DNA from: Candidatus Latescibacterota bacterium
GTDB taxonomy: Bacteria > Latescibacterota > UBA2968 > GCA-2709665
DNA length: 64,000 nt
Assembly (NCBI GenBank): GCA_965248435.1
Contig: OZ252100.1
Location: forward strand, 2,400,001 to 2,464,000
Direction: 5' to 3'
Shown in pieces: positions 19,628 through 29,406 of this stretch. The notes under the pieces are model-generated. The model worked only from the letters and a program-made list of their open reading frames with translations. It had not been told where the DNA came from and ran no database searches. The first letter of the stretch is position 1. The number at the start of each line of letters is the position of its first letter. The translations under genes were made by a program, and so were the position numbers.

Positions 19628-19680
19628 CCTTTTCCAAAGGGGGAAGATTGCTCTTCTTTAGAGATTATAGATTCCTCCCC

Positions 19681-19703
19681 TCCCTCGGCAAGCTCGGGAC
19701 ATG
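19681..19703. mobile_element. 23-bp mini-element
   Basis: TCCCTCGGCAAGCTCGGGACATG interrupts CCCCCTTT-CGT-AAAGGGGG; similar ends to the 31-bp element. Confidence 0.7.
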
Positions 19704-19775
19704 CTTTCGTAAAGGGGGCAGGGGGGATTTGAATTTCGCGATGGCAAAACGACGGATTCAGGAGACTGACGGATT

Positions 19776-20681
19776 ATGACAACTGAGAAAGACGCAAAGC
19801 CCGTCGTCTACATCGACGGCGAGTTTTACGGGGAAAGCGACGCGAAGATCTCCGTCTTCGACCACGCCCTCCTCTACGGAGATGCCATCTACGAAACCTG
19901 CTGCGCCTGGAACGGCGCAATCTTCAAGCTGGACAGGCATATCGACAGGCTGTTCGAATCGGCCCACGCGGTGAAACTCCAGGTCCCCCTTTCCAAGGCC
20001 GAGTTGAAAGAGGTCGCCGTGGAAACCGTCCGACGCAGTAATCTCAAGAATGCCTACGTCAAGATCATCGCCACGCGAGGCGTAGGCGAACAGCCGACCA
20101 TAAGCCCCTACAACACGACACCCAGCATCATCGTCTTCGCCTGGCCCTACCTCAGCCTCGTAGCCGGCGATGTGGATCTGAAGGGGATGCGCGTCAAAGT
20201 CGCCTCCTGGCGACGCATTCCGGACATCTGCCTGCCATCGAAGGTGAAGAGCATCAACTACCTGAATCACGTTCTCATGCGCATGGAGGCGAACGAGTCC
20301 GGCTACGACGACGCGCTGGAACTCGGGACGGACGGTGATGTCACCGAAGCCCCGGGCTACAACGTCTTCGCCGTGAAACGCAGCGCCATCCAAACTCCGT
20401 CGAACAACATCCTCGTCGGCATTACCCGCGAGACCGTCCTCGAACTCGCGGCAGAAGCGGGAATCTCCGTGATCGAGGGCCAGCTCACCGTCTTCGATTT
20501 CTACAACGCCGATGAGGTGTTCTTCTCAAGCTCCGCTGGCGGCATCTTCCCGGTCAGCGAAATCGACGGGCGCGTGATCGGGAATGACGGGAAGCCGGGG
20601 CCTGTTACCGTCCGAATTCGCGACGGATATCAGGCGCTGCTCGAAAGCCGCGCCAAGAGCACACCTGTCTACCCGGCCTGA
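19776..20681 (+). CDS. ilvE: Branched-chain/class IV PLP aminotransferase
   Basis: LLYGDAIYE, HIDRLFESA, KSINYL, EAPGYNVF, LVGITR, ADEVF. Confidence 0.9.
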   Translation: MTTEKDAKPVVYIDGEFYGESDAKISVFDHALLYGDAIYETCCAWNGAIFKLDRHIDRLFESAHAVKLQVPLSKAELKEVAVETVRRSNLKNAYVKIIATRGVGEQPTISPYNTTPSIIVFAWPYLSLVAGDVDLKGMRVKVASWRRIPDICLPSKVKSINYLNHVLMRMEANESGYDDALELGTDGDVTEAPGYNVFAVKRSAIQTPSNNILVGITRETVLELAAEAGISVIEGQLTVFDFYNADEVFFSSSAGGIFPVSEIDGRVIGNDGKPGPVTVRIRDGYQALLESRAKSTPVYPA

Positions 20682-20735
20682 GCAATTGATGCGCAGCTTG
20701 CATAGGACCCGTAGACATCGAAAGGAAAGCGTGAG

Positions 20736-22421
20736 ATGCCCATCGTCCTGAAACAGTCCGTCAAGGATCCGAAACTCCGATGGTTCCGCGAATCCCGGTT
20801 CGGCATGTTCATTCACTTCGGCCTGTATGCTTTGCTGGAGCGGGGAGAATGGGTGCAGTACGTAGAGGACATACCGAAAGGGAAGTATGAACCCCTCATG
20901 CATCGGTTCAATCCATCGCGGTTCGACGCCGACGAATGGGTCGACCTCGCAGAAAAGGCCGGCTGTCGCTACATCACCCTTACGGCCAAGCATCACGACG
21001 GGTTCTGTCTCTTCGACAGTGACCTCACCGACTACAAGATCACGAACACCCCGTTTGGGCGGGACCTTACCGGAGAGCTCATCAATGCCTGTCATCGGCG
21101 CAGGATGCGCATCTGCCTCTACTACTCCCAGCCTGATTGGCACCACCCCAACTTTGTCCATTTTCCGGGCGCGTTCAAAGACCTCGATAGGCCGCCTTCG
21201 GACCAGCGACCTGACTGGCCGGCCTATCTGCGCTACTGCCACGGACAGATCGAGGAGCTCTGCACACGCTACGGTCGGATCGACGGCATCTGGTTCGACG
21301 GCTCGCACAAGAGCGAGAAGATGTGGCAGGGTCGTAAGCTTTATCGTCTCGTGAAGAAACATCAGCCCGGCGCGGTCGTGAACGACCGGGCACGCCACGG
21401 CGATTTCTTCACGCCGGAAAGGCAGCTGCCGGAAGACCTCACCGGCCACATGTTCGAGGCCTGCCAATCCATCAGCAAGGTAGGTTGGGGTTGGCACAAA
21501 GACTCCCCCCAGTACGGCCTTCCAAACCTGCTGGAGAACCTAGCCAGGGTCGTTTCGGAAGGGGGAAACTTTCTCCTGAATGTGGGCCCGCTGCCCGATG
21601 GAACGATTCCCGTCCATCAAGCCGATCGAATGAAGGCGGTTGGCAAATGGCTGAGCGCGAACGGCGAAGCCATCTACGCGACTGAAGCGGGAGGTGTTGA
21701 AACCGATTCTCCCGACGTGTTGACCACGCGCAGACGGAACTCGATCTACGTCTATTTGTGCCGATGGCCGGACACAGACCGTCTTTCCATTCCAGGCATA
21801 CGCACCGACCCGAAATCCGCAGCGCTTCTGAGCGGAAAGACATCGCTGAAGACCGTCTGGACCCCGTCCGGATTGGAAATCCACGGGCTGCCGATGTCAC
21901 CCCCCGATCCAGACCTCAACGTCATCAGACTGCGGTTCCGCAGGGCCCCGAAAATCGTTGGTGGGAGAACTCGCGCTGAAAAGGCGGAGACGATTCACGT
22001 GAATGAAAAAAGCCGAACGCGACTTAGCGTCCAGGACGCGAAACCCGAGGGGCGCGGGGTAAAGGGCAGTCGACTCAAGGTCACGAAAGAAGGGCCGGAA
22101 ACGGCGGTCACGAACTGGTTCGCCCCTGAGCATCGGCTGACCTGGAGCGTGGTCGCACCCAGAGCGGGGAATTTCCGTCTGCGGATTCGGCTGGCCTGTC
22201 CGAAGCCGTATGACGGCGCGACCTTCGTCGTCAAAGGCAGAATCGGCTCAGTGGAAGGCACCGTCAAAGCGACGCGATCTTACGAGGACTATCGCTGGTT
22301 GGACGTCGGCCCCATCCGACTGCCGAAGGGCAAGAGCAGCCTGAGTCTCTCTCCTAAGGAGATGGCGTATGGCTATCTCTTCGCGCACGTCACGGAGCTC
22401 GACCTCAAACCAGAAAAATAG
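20736..22421 (+). CDS. Alpha-L-fucosidase (GH29) with C-terminal CBM-like domain
   Basis: RFGMFIHFG, TAKHHDGFCL, IWFDG, GGNFLLNVGP..DG. Confidence 0.92.
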   Translation: MPIVLKQSVKDPKLRWFRESRFGMFIHFGLYALLERGEWVQYVEDIPKGKYEPLMHRFNPSRFDADEWVDLAEKAGCRYITLTAKHHDGFCLFDSDLTDYKITNTPFGRDLTGELINACHRRRMRICLYYSQPDWHHPNFVHFPGAFKDLDRPPSDQRPDWPAYLRYCHGQIEELCTRYGRIDGIWFDGSHKSEKMWQGRKLYRLVKKHQPGAVVNDRARHGDFFTPERQLPEDLTGHMFEACQSISKVGWGWHKDSPQYGLPNLLENLARVVSEGGNFLLNVGPLPDGTIPVHQADRMKAVGKWLSANGEAIYATEAGGVETDSPDVLTTRRRNSIYVYLCRWPDTDRLSIPGIRTDPKSAALLSGKTSLKTVWTPSGLEIHGLPMSPPDPDLNVIRLRFRRAPKIVGGRTRAEKAETIHVNEKSRTRLSVQDAKPEGRGVKGSRLKVTKEGPETAVTNWFAPEHRLTWSVVAPRAGNFRLRIRLACPKPYDGATFVVKGRIGSVEGTVKATRSYEDYRWLDVGPIRLPKGKSSLSLSPKEMAYGYLFAHVTELDLKPEK

Positions 22422-22436
22422 CGGCCACAATATCGT

Positions 22437-22465
22437 GTAGAGACGCCCCGGTGGGGCGTCTCTAC
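22437..22465. repeat. GTAG-type REP-like palindrome
   Basis: GTAGAGACGCCCC-GGT-GGGGCGTCTCTAC; degenerate copy at 26254-26280. Confidence 0.8.
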
Positions 22466-22508
22466 ACGAGCCACGAAAAACCGTGACCAAATCGTGAGGA
22501 ATAGACCT

Positions 22509-23207
22509 ATGGAAGTCCTGATGGTGAGAATTCGCGTAAAACCCGAACATCTTGAAGATTTCATCCACGAAATGATCGGCGACGCAGAAGGCTCGGTGTT
22601 GAACGAGCCGGGGTGCCGCCGCTTCGACATCATTCAGGATGAGACAGAGCCGACGAAGCTTGGGCTGTGTGAGGTCTACGATGATGAGGCCGCCGTCCAG
22701 GATCACTTGAGTCGCCCGCACTTCCTGAAGTGGAAGGAGGCCACCACGGATTGGACCTCGCAGGCGATCGAGGTCTCGACCTGCGTCCCCGTCTCCGTGG
22801 CAGGCGAGGGCCACTGGGATTCGGCGCGCACTTCTGCCTTGGAAGGCGATGCATTTCGAAAGGGCCTTTTCATCATCCACGCGCGACTGCTCGTCGCCGC
22901 CGACCGTGTAGAGGATTTCATCGCGGCCTCCCGCCTGGATGCAACCGGCGCCGTCAATGAAGAGCCGGGTTGTCTGAGGTTCGATCTGTTTCAGAACAAG
23001 GAAGATCCGACCGAACTCCACCTGTATGAGGCCTACGTCAACAAGGATGCCTTCGACTACCACAAAAGGACACCCCATCTTCAAGCCTGGGTGGAAACGG
23101 TTGGCGACTGGTACGCGCCTGGCTTTTCCCTACCGGAAAGCCCCGACCTGATCAAGGGCGCGAACATCTGGCCTCCCGACAACTGGAACTGGTGTCCCGG
23201 ACACTGA
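22509..23207 (+). CDS. Double-domain ABM/putative quinol monooxygenase
   Basis: Two NEPGC.RFD / EEPGC.RFD units, each followed by E.Y....A...H...PH. Confidence 0.88.
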   Translation: MEVLMVRIRVKPEHLEDFIHEMIGDAEGSVLNEPGCRRFDIIQDETEPTKLGLCEVYDDEAAVQDHLSRPHFLKWKEATTDWTSQAIEVSTCVPVSVAGEGHWDSARTSALEGDAFRKGLFIIHARLLVAADRVEDFIAASRLDATGAVNEEPGCLRFDLFQNKEDPTELHLYEAYVNKDAFDYHKRTPHLQAWVETVGDWYAPGFSLPESPDLIKGANIWPPDNWNWCPGH

Positions 23208-23231
23208 AAACATAACGAGGAGGTTAGGACC

Positions 23232-24722
23232 GTGGCCGTGCGAACAGATACCCCGACCGAATTCTCTATCGATCTGGATCAATCCGCCGTTCTGGAGCCC
23301 GTCAGGCGTCTCCCCGTCGCCAAGAATGTCGATGTCATCGTCGCGGGCGGCAGTCCCACGGGGGTCTGCGCCGCCATAGCGGCCGCCAGAAACGGCGCGG
23401 AGACGCTCCTCGTGGAACGCTACGGATTTCTGGGCGGCCAGATGGTGGCCGCGATGGTCCCTTCTCCCCACCGACCCTGCAAGACGAGCGAGGCCGGGCC
23501 GGGCGAAGAGTCTATCATGGTGGAGATGCTCAGGCGGCTGGTCGACTTCTCAGGGTTGAAATTCTCGTGGGAAGACGTCCTGAACGACCCCAGGCTGGAT
23601 GTCTTCATCAACCCCGAGGTCTCCAAGCAGGTACTCCTGCAGATGGTGGAAGAAGCGGGCGTCAAGATCTTGTATCACACCTTCGTGGCCGACACGATCG
23701 TGGAAGACGGCGCGGTGAAAGGCATCATCGTTGAAAACAAGGCGGGGCGCCAGGCGCTGCTCGGAAAGGTGGTCGTGGATGCGACCGGCGATGCAGATCT
23801 CGTGGCCGATGCGGGCGCCCCCTACAAACTCCGGCCCGCGAAAGAGAGGTTCGGTCCGGGCATGCACAGTCTCGTGTGTAACGTAGACATCTCTAAGACC
23901 CTCGAGTATCTGAAGGCACATCCCGACCAGCTCATGCGCAGTCCTCGCGAAGCAGATCCGATTTCCGTTGAGGAACTCGAAGAACGGACGCTTCTAGATC
24001 ACTGCGTGGTACGAACGCATTTCCAGGGCTTTTCAGACCTCCTGAAAGAGGCGGCGGCGAACGGCGATATCGAAAAGATCAACTTCCTGCAGTTCATGTG
24101 GATGGGAAGAGGCATCGCGATGTTTTCCGATTATCCCAAGGTCAAGATCGGTCCGATCGACTGCCTGAATCCGGATGATGTCGCGCGAGCGGAGGGCGCC
24201 CTCAGGAAACTGCAGTGGCGGAAGGCCGCCTTCTTCAGGAAGTACGTCCCCGGTTTTGAAAACGCCTCTCTGATCGAGACCGGCGTGCACATCGGGGTCA
24301 GGGAAACGAGAACGCTCATCGGTGAACACCTTTTGACAAAGGAAGATGCCGTAGCGCGTAAGCAGTTCGACGACACGGTCATTCATTTCCGCGACGTCAC
24401 TGGATCCCTCGTCTTCCATTTCGTCACGGATCATCCCAGACACTTCAGATCGGCCAAGATGATGGAGAAAGTCTGTGGAGACATCAACATCCCCTACCGG
24501 ACGATTCTTCCGAAGAAGGTGGACAACCTCCTGGTCGCCGGACGCTGCGTCTGCTACAGCATCACCCCCGGCGCGCTCGCAGGGCAGGTGGCTGGAACGG
24601 CCGCCGCGCTGTCTGCAAAGGCCGGCGTGGTGCCTCGAAAGCTGGACGTTCCGACCCTCCAGAGGGCGTTGATCGAGCAGGGCTTCACCTACGCCCGCCT
24701 CCCCTCCGTCTCGAAAGGTTGA
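23232..24722 (+). CDS. FAD-dependent oxidoreductase (FAD_oxidored family)
   Basis: DVIVAGGSPTG..AAIAAARNG, VVDATGDADL, GVRETR, IPYR..LP...NLLVAGRC. Confidence 0.88.
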   Translation: MAVRTDTPTEFSIDLDQSAVLEPVRRLPVAKNVDVIVAGGSPTGVCAAIAAARNGAETLLVERYGFLGGQMVAAMVPSPHRPCKTSEAGPGEESIMVEMLRRLVDFSGLKFSWEDVLNDPRLDVFINPEVSKQVLLQMVEEAGVKILYHTFVADTIVEDGAVKGIIVENKAGRQALLGKVVVDATGDADLVADAGAPYKLRPAKERFGPGMHSLVCNVDISKTLEYLKAHPDQLMRSPREADPISVEELEERTLLDHCVVRTHFQGFSDLLKEAAANGDIEKINFLQFMWMGRGIAMFSDYPKVKIGPIDCLNPDDVARAEGALRKLQWRKAAFFRKYVPGFENASLIETGVHIGVRETRTLIGEHLLTKEDAVARKQFDDTVIHFRDVTGSLVFHFVTDHPRHFRSAKMMEKVCGDINIPYRTILPKKVDNLLVAGRCVCYSITPGALAGQVAGTAAALSAKAGVVPRKLDVPTLQRALIEQGFTYARLPSVSKG

Positions 24723-24725
24723 GTC

Positions 24726-26246
24726 GTGAATCAGTTCGGTTATCGACCGAACGGAATGTCCCTGTGGGACACGTGGTACGTCGAACACGACGGCGCCGCG
24801 CACATGTTTTATCTCCAGCGCCATCTTCCCAGCTCCGGCCGACCGGAATCGGACGCCCACAACATCGGCCACGCCGTATCCAGAGACCTGATCCATTGGG
24901 AGGAACGCCCCCCTGCCCTGTGGCCCGGACCTGCCGGCGGACTGGACGACCTGCAGCATTTTACGGGATGTGCGACAAAACACGACGGCAGGTTCTACCT
25001 CTACTACACGATGCGGTCGTCCACCAACCAGGCCAAAGCGCAGCACATCGGCCTGGCCACGAGTGAAAACCTCGAAACCTGGGATCGATATTCCGGTAAC
25101 CCCGTGATCTCCCCCGACCCGCGCTGGTACGTAAGCCACGACAATCCACTCCCGTGCGGGGTCGTCGACTGTCGGGACCTGGTCGTCGTCCGCCACCCCG
25201 ACGGGGACGGATGGCTTGGTTTTTATGCCGCCATGAAACACGCGGAGGAATTGGCCGAGGGTGCGGCGATCGCGGCGGTGCGGTCTGCGGACCTGCTCCA
25301 CTGGGAGCACCTGCCGCCGGCGTTCGCGCCGAAGAAGTACAACATTCTGGAGGTTCCCGACATCTTCTGCATAGACGGGCGCTGGTATCTGACCTGCCTT
25401 GTCGGCCACGGACTCGGGAACCGTGGCATCTTCTCTGACCCGCACGTCGCGATAGGCACGATCTATGCCGTTGCCGATCGCCCGGAAGGACCCTACCACG
25501 AGTTGGAGGATGACCAGATCCTGATCGGCGGCGTCAACGATTCCGGTTACTCCTGCCGCAGCCTCGAGTTCGAGGGAGAACGGATGATGTTCTACACCCA
25601 GCGCATCGCCGACGGCAGCGTCCTCTCGCCGCCGATGCGGGTGATCACGACCGATGAAGGGCACCTGCGCCTGGCGTGGTCGCCCCGCACGTCTGCCTAC
25701 AGACAAAAGGAACTCATCTCACTGGGCGAGGCCCCCTTGATCGTCTCACTCCCATCCAGTCGGAACAACTGGGAGCAACCGACGGGCCGGTGGCGAATCG
25801 AGGAGAATCGCTACATCGGGGAATCCCGTACGGGGTGGCAGGTCGCCGATCTCGGTCTGGGCAGTGCCGACGTCGAGGTTGAAGCGCGAATAACGCTTCA
25901 CGATGCCGCCGCCGCGGGTCTCGTCTGGCGGGCAGATGCGTCCAAACCCTTCAGCTCAGAATCAGATATGGTCTTCCTGCTCGAGGGAAGGGATCAGTGC
26001 GTAAGGGCCGCGCACCTCAACCTGTTCGAAGACCCGACGGTCCGATGTTGGCCCGTCGAAATGGGTCGCCCCTATCATCTTCGGGTTTGTATCCGCCGGC
26101 CGTGGATCGAGATTTACGTCGGCGATCTTCTGGTGCTTCAATGCAGCACCGAGATGGCGGAACCGACGCGACCCAGCGTCGGACTCTTTGTGGATCGCGG
26201 CCGCGCAGAATTGACCGATATCGCGGTTTATGCGCTCGGCGTATGA
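24726..26246 (+). CDS. Five-bladed beta-propeller glycoside hydrolase (GH32/GH43/GH68-like)
   Basis: LWDTW, IGHAVS.DL.HW, CRD, LEVPD motifs; C-terminal beta-sandwich. Confidence 0.8.
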   Translation: MNQFGYRPNGMSLWDTWYVEHDGAAHMFYLQRHLPSSGRPESDAHNIGHAVSRDLIHWEERPPALWPGPAGGLDDLQHFTGCATKHDGRFYLYYTMRSSTNQAKAQHIGLATSENLETWDRYSGNPVISPDPRWYVSHDNPLPCGVVDCRDLVVVRHPDGDGWLGFYAAMKHAEELAEGAAIAAVRSADLLHWEHLPPAFAPKKYNILEVPDIFCIDGRWYLTCLVGHGLGNRGIFSDPHVAIGTIYAVADRPEGPYHELEDDQILIGGVNDSGYSCRSLEFEGERMMFYTQRIADGSVLSPPMRVITTDEGHLRLAWSPRTSAYRQKELISLGEAPLIVSLPSSRNNWEQPTGRWRIEENRYIGESRTGWQVADLGLGSADVEVEARITLHDAAAAGLVWRADASKPFSSESDMVFLLEGRDQCVRAAHLNLFEDPTVRCWPVEMGRPYHLRVCIRRPWIEIYVGDLLVLQCSTEMAEPTRPSVGLFVDRGRAELTDIAVYALGV

Positions 26247-26253
26247 TATTACC

Positions 26254-26280
26254 GTAGAGACACCCCGGTGGGGCGTCTAT
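26254..26280. repeat. Degenerate GTAG REP copy
   Basis: GTAGAGACACCCCGGTGGGGCGTCTAT. Confidence 0.7.
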
Positions 26281-26313
26281 CGCCGTTTACATCCCTCGCA
26301 AAGGTGACCATCC

Positions 26314-27213
26314 ATGATCTGGGCCAATCTTTTGCATCTCAGCTTCAACATGTGGGAAGATCGGATCGAACCGAGCCGGGAAGTTCGTGGCTACCGACCC
26401 CATCTTCAGTTCGACGAGTCGCTCTGGAACGACATCCTGGAGAGGATGGCGCATGCCGGCATGAACATGGTCGTTATCGATCTGGGAGACGGCGTCCAGT
26501 ATCACAGTCATCCCGAGATCGCGGTCGAAGACGCCTGGACCGTCGATAAACTGAAGGAGGAAATCTCCACGATCCGCGACCTCGGAATGGAGCCGATCCC
26601 GAAACTGAACTTCGCCACCACGCACGACGCCTGGCTGGGTGAATACGCACGCCAGGTTTCGACCGATGCCTATTATACCGTCTGTGCGGATTTGATTTCA
26701 GAGGTCATCGAAATCTTCGAGAATCCTCGATTCTTCCACCTGGGCATGGATGAGGAGACGGCTGATCATCAACGCCATTCCGAATACGTCGTCGTCCGCC
26801 AGTACGACCTCTACTGGCACGACTTCCACTTCTACCTCGATCAGGTCACGAAGGCCGATGTCCGTCCATGGATATGGTCCGACTACGTGTGGCGTCATCC
26901 CGAAATCTTTTTCAAAGAAATGCCTGGGGAGGTCCTCCAGAGCAACTGGTATTACAGACTCGAAGTCGATGAAGGCAACCCCCGCGTCAAGACGTTCACC
27001 GATCTCGATGAACGTGGATATGATCAAATCCCCACGGGCAGCAATGTCGTAGAATCCGAGAATTTCGGAATGATCGTCGACTATTGCAAACGCCACATCG
27101 CTTCCGAGCATCTCCTGGGATTCCTGCAAACACCGTGGATCTTGACCACGGAGCCCTACCGGCAGCGTCACATGGAGGCGATTCAACAGGTCGCAGAGGC
27201 CATCACGGCATAG
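26314..27213 (+). CDS. GH20-like TIM-barrel protein
   Basis: Y.SHPE, PIPKLNF, FFHLGMDEE (DE pair), WIWSD. Confidence 0.7.
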   Translation: MIWANLLHLSFNMWEDRIEPSREVRGYRPHLQFDESLWNDILERMAHAGMNMVVIDLGDGVQYHSHPEIAVEDAWTVDKLKEEISTIRDLGMEPIPKLNFATTHDAWLGEYARQVSTDAYYTVCADLISEVIEIFENPRFFHLGMDEETADHQRHSEYVVVRQYDLYWHDFHFYLDQVTKADVRPWIWSDYVWRHPEIFFKEMPGEVLQSNWYYRLEVDEGNPRVKTFTDLDERGYDQIPTGSNVVESENFGMIVDYCKRHIASEHLLGFLQTPWILTTEPYRQRHMEAIQQVAEAITA

Positions 27214-27220
27214 GATGGAA

Positions 27221-27985
27221 ATGGCGGGACAACTGGAAGGAAAAGTCGCCCTCGTTACCGGAGGCAGCACCGGAATCGGACGGGCGGCTGCCCTGGCCTT
27301 CGCCATGGAGGGCGCAAAGGTGGTCGTCGGTGACGTCGACCCCGAGGGTGGCGAGGAAACTATAAACCAGGTTCGAGGCGCGAACGGAGAGGGGATGTTT
27401 GTCCGCACGGACGTCTCCAGGTCTGAAGACGTATTGGCGTTGGTCGCCGAGATCGTCAAGACTTACGGTTCACTGGATTGCGCACACAATAACGCCGGCG
27501 TCCTGGGTCCCCTGGCGCCGATACCAGAATATCCCGAAGAGGATTGGAACCGGGTCATCAACACCAACGTCAAGGGCGTGTGGCTCTGCATGAAGTTCGA
27601 GATCGCTCAGATGCTGAAGCAGGGAGGCGGATCCATCGTCAACACGGCCTCTGTCGCCGGTCTCGTCGGGTCAAGGACCGGGCAGTCGGCCTACAACGCG
27701 AGCAAACACGCGGTCGTCGGGCTGACCCGGACAGCCGCTCTGGAAAACGCACAAAAAGGGATCCGGGTCAATGTCGTCTGTCCCGGGACAACGCGTACTC
27801 AAATGATGGATCAATTCTTCGATGGGCGCCCGGATCTGGAGGAGAGTGTCACCGCGCAATATCCGATCGGACGCCTCGGAAAGCCTGACGAAATCGCGGA
27901 GGCCGTAGTCTGGCTCTGCTCCGACGCCGCCTCGTTCGTTACGGGACACGCCTTCCCGGTCGACGGCGGCTTTGTCGCGCAATAA
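27221..27985 (+). CDS. Classical SDR oxidoreductase (glucose 1-dehydrogenase-like)
   Basis: TGGSTGIG, NNAG, YNASKH, VDGG. Confidence 0.93.
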   Translation: MAGQLEGKVALVTGGSTGIGRAAALAFAMEGAKVVVGDVDPEGGEETINQVRGANGEGMFVRTDVSRSEDVLALVAEIVKTYGSLDCAHNNAGVLGPLAPIPEYPEEDWNRVINTNVKGVWLCMKFEIAQMLKQGGGSIVNTASVAGLVGSRTGQSAYNASKHAVVGLTRTAALENAQKGIRVNVVCPGTTRTQMMDQFFDGRPDLEESVTAQYPIGRLGKPDEIAEAVVWLCSDAASFVTGHAFPVDGGFVAQ

Positions 27986-28002
27986 CTACCTAGGAGGCCG
28001 TA

Positions 28003-29091
28003 ATGCAGGATAACAGCAATGAGATGATCGTCTACATAGGGACCTGGACCCACCTGGACGCGAACAGTGAGGGCATCTACATCTACCGCCTGGACCTCTC
28101 CTCCGGCGCGCTCGAATTCGCCGGCCTTGTTCCGGAGAGCGATGACCCCTCCTATCTGGCCGTAGATCCCAAACATCGATTCATCTACGTGGTTCACGAA
28201 GTCCGCAAACCTCACGGGACCGTCTCCGCCTTTTCCATCCATCCCGAAACCGGCGCGCTCACCCATCTGAGCGAGCGCTCCACGCAAAGTGGGGGCCCGT
28301 GCTACCTGAGTATGGATAAGACCGGAAAGCTGGTGCTCGTGTCGAACTACCACGGCGGGAGCGTCACGGTCCTGCCGGTAGAGCAGGATGGACAGCTGGG
28401 GGAGGCGACGGATCACGTCCAGCATCACGGATCGAGCGTTAACCCCGGGCGACAGGGCGAGCCTCACCCGCACTCGATTCTGGTGGATCCATCAAATCGA
28501 TTCGCCTTCGTGCCCGATCTGGGGATCGACAAGGTCATGATCTATCAGCTCGACCTCCCTTCCGGAACGTTGCAGCCGAACGATCCTCCCTGGGTAGAGG
28601 TGAAGCCCGGCGCCGGCCCGCGTCATCTCATCTTTCATCCCGAAGGTAGGTATGCCTTCCTGGCGAACGAACTCGATTCTACGGTTAGTTCCTTCAATTA
28701 CAGCGAGTCGACCGGATCGCTGCAGGAAGTTTCGACGCTGCCTACGCTTCCGGACGGATTCGAAGGAGCGAATTACCCTTCGGACATCCACGTCGTTCCG
28801 TCAGGCGCATTTGTCTACGCCTCGAACCGGGGCCACGACAGCATCGCGATCTTTGCGGTCGATCAGAAGACCGGCGAGCTCACGCCCGTCGGCCACGAGT
28901 CAACCCAGGGACGGACCCCTCGCGGCTTCGCCATCGACCCGACAGGGACCTTCCTGCTGGCCGCGAATCAGGACACGAACACCGTGATTACCCTCAAGAT
29001 CGATCCAGAAACGGGCGAACTCGAGCCGACCGGCCATGTCGCCGAAGTGCCCGGCCCGGTATGCATGAAGATGATTCGGCCCAAGACCTAG
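28003..29091 (+). CDS. pgl: 6-phosphogluconolactonase-family lactonase
   Basis: GPCY, RQGEPHPH, DLGID, GAGPRH, SNRGHDSI, TPRGF. Confidence 0.92.
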   Translation: MQDNSNEMIVYIGTWTHLDANSEGIYIYRLDLSSGALEFAGLVPESDDPSYLAVDPKHRFIYVVHEVRKPHGTVSAFSIHPETGALTHLSERSTQSGGPCYLSMDKTGKLVLVSNYHGGSVTVLPVEQDGQLGEATDHVQHHGSSVNPGRQGEPHPHSILVDPSNRFAFVPDLGIDKVMIYQLDLPSGTLQPNDPPWVEVKPGAGPRHLIFHPEGRYAFLANELDSTVSSFNYSESTGSLQEVSTLPTLPDGFEGANYPSDIHVVPSGAFVYASNRGHDSIAIFAVDQKTGELTPVGHESTQGRTPRGFAIDPTGTFLLAANQDTNTVITLKIDPETGELEPTGHVAEVPGPVCMKMIRPKT

Positions 29092-29092
29092 A

Positions 29093-29311
29093 CTACAGGT
29101 CTGCTAAAAGCCCGCGCGCCTCGTCGGCCCGCTCCTGAGCGACCTGAATCTTGACCTGGCCGACGCCATACAAGTTCTGAAGCGCCTCGTCTCCAGCCAC
29201 GACGTAGAGAATCCCGGCGTCGTCCAGAATCGACTTCGCAAGAGCGATCACGGCCATGTTGTCCGGTTCCAGCACGGTGACCAGCTCGTTCGCATCTCCT
29301 TCCATACCCAC
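29093..29311 (-). CDS. DUF2007 family small protein
   Basis: AKSILDDAGI...VKIQV....DEARGLL pattern. Confidence 0.75.
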   Translation of the reverse strand: MGMEGDANELVTVLEPDNMAVIALAKSILDDAGILYVVAGDEALQNLYGVGQVKIQVAQERADEARGLLADL

Positions 29312-29406
29312 CTCGCAGTTTAACGTTTAGTCAGAGTTCGCCTTCCCTATACATAATATAATAGGTAAGCGCTCGTCCGGGACAAGCTCTACTCCGCCGA
29401 TGCATC

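Larger units (their letters stand above)
19542..19742. repeat. Family A palindrome copy carrying three mini-element insertions
   Basis: Removing 19560-19627 restores a 37-bp exact reverse-complement match to 53471-53507; removing 19681-19703 restores the second hairpin. Confidence 0.88.

Noticed and set aside
24033-25706. Long antisense ORFs (also 18086..19234, 15939..16994, 20526..21497, 40764..41708)
   Set aside because: Shadow frames of GC-rich genes with clear family motifs on the opposite strand
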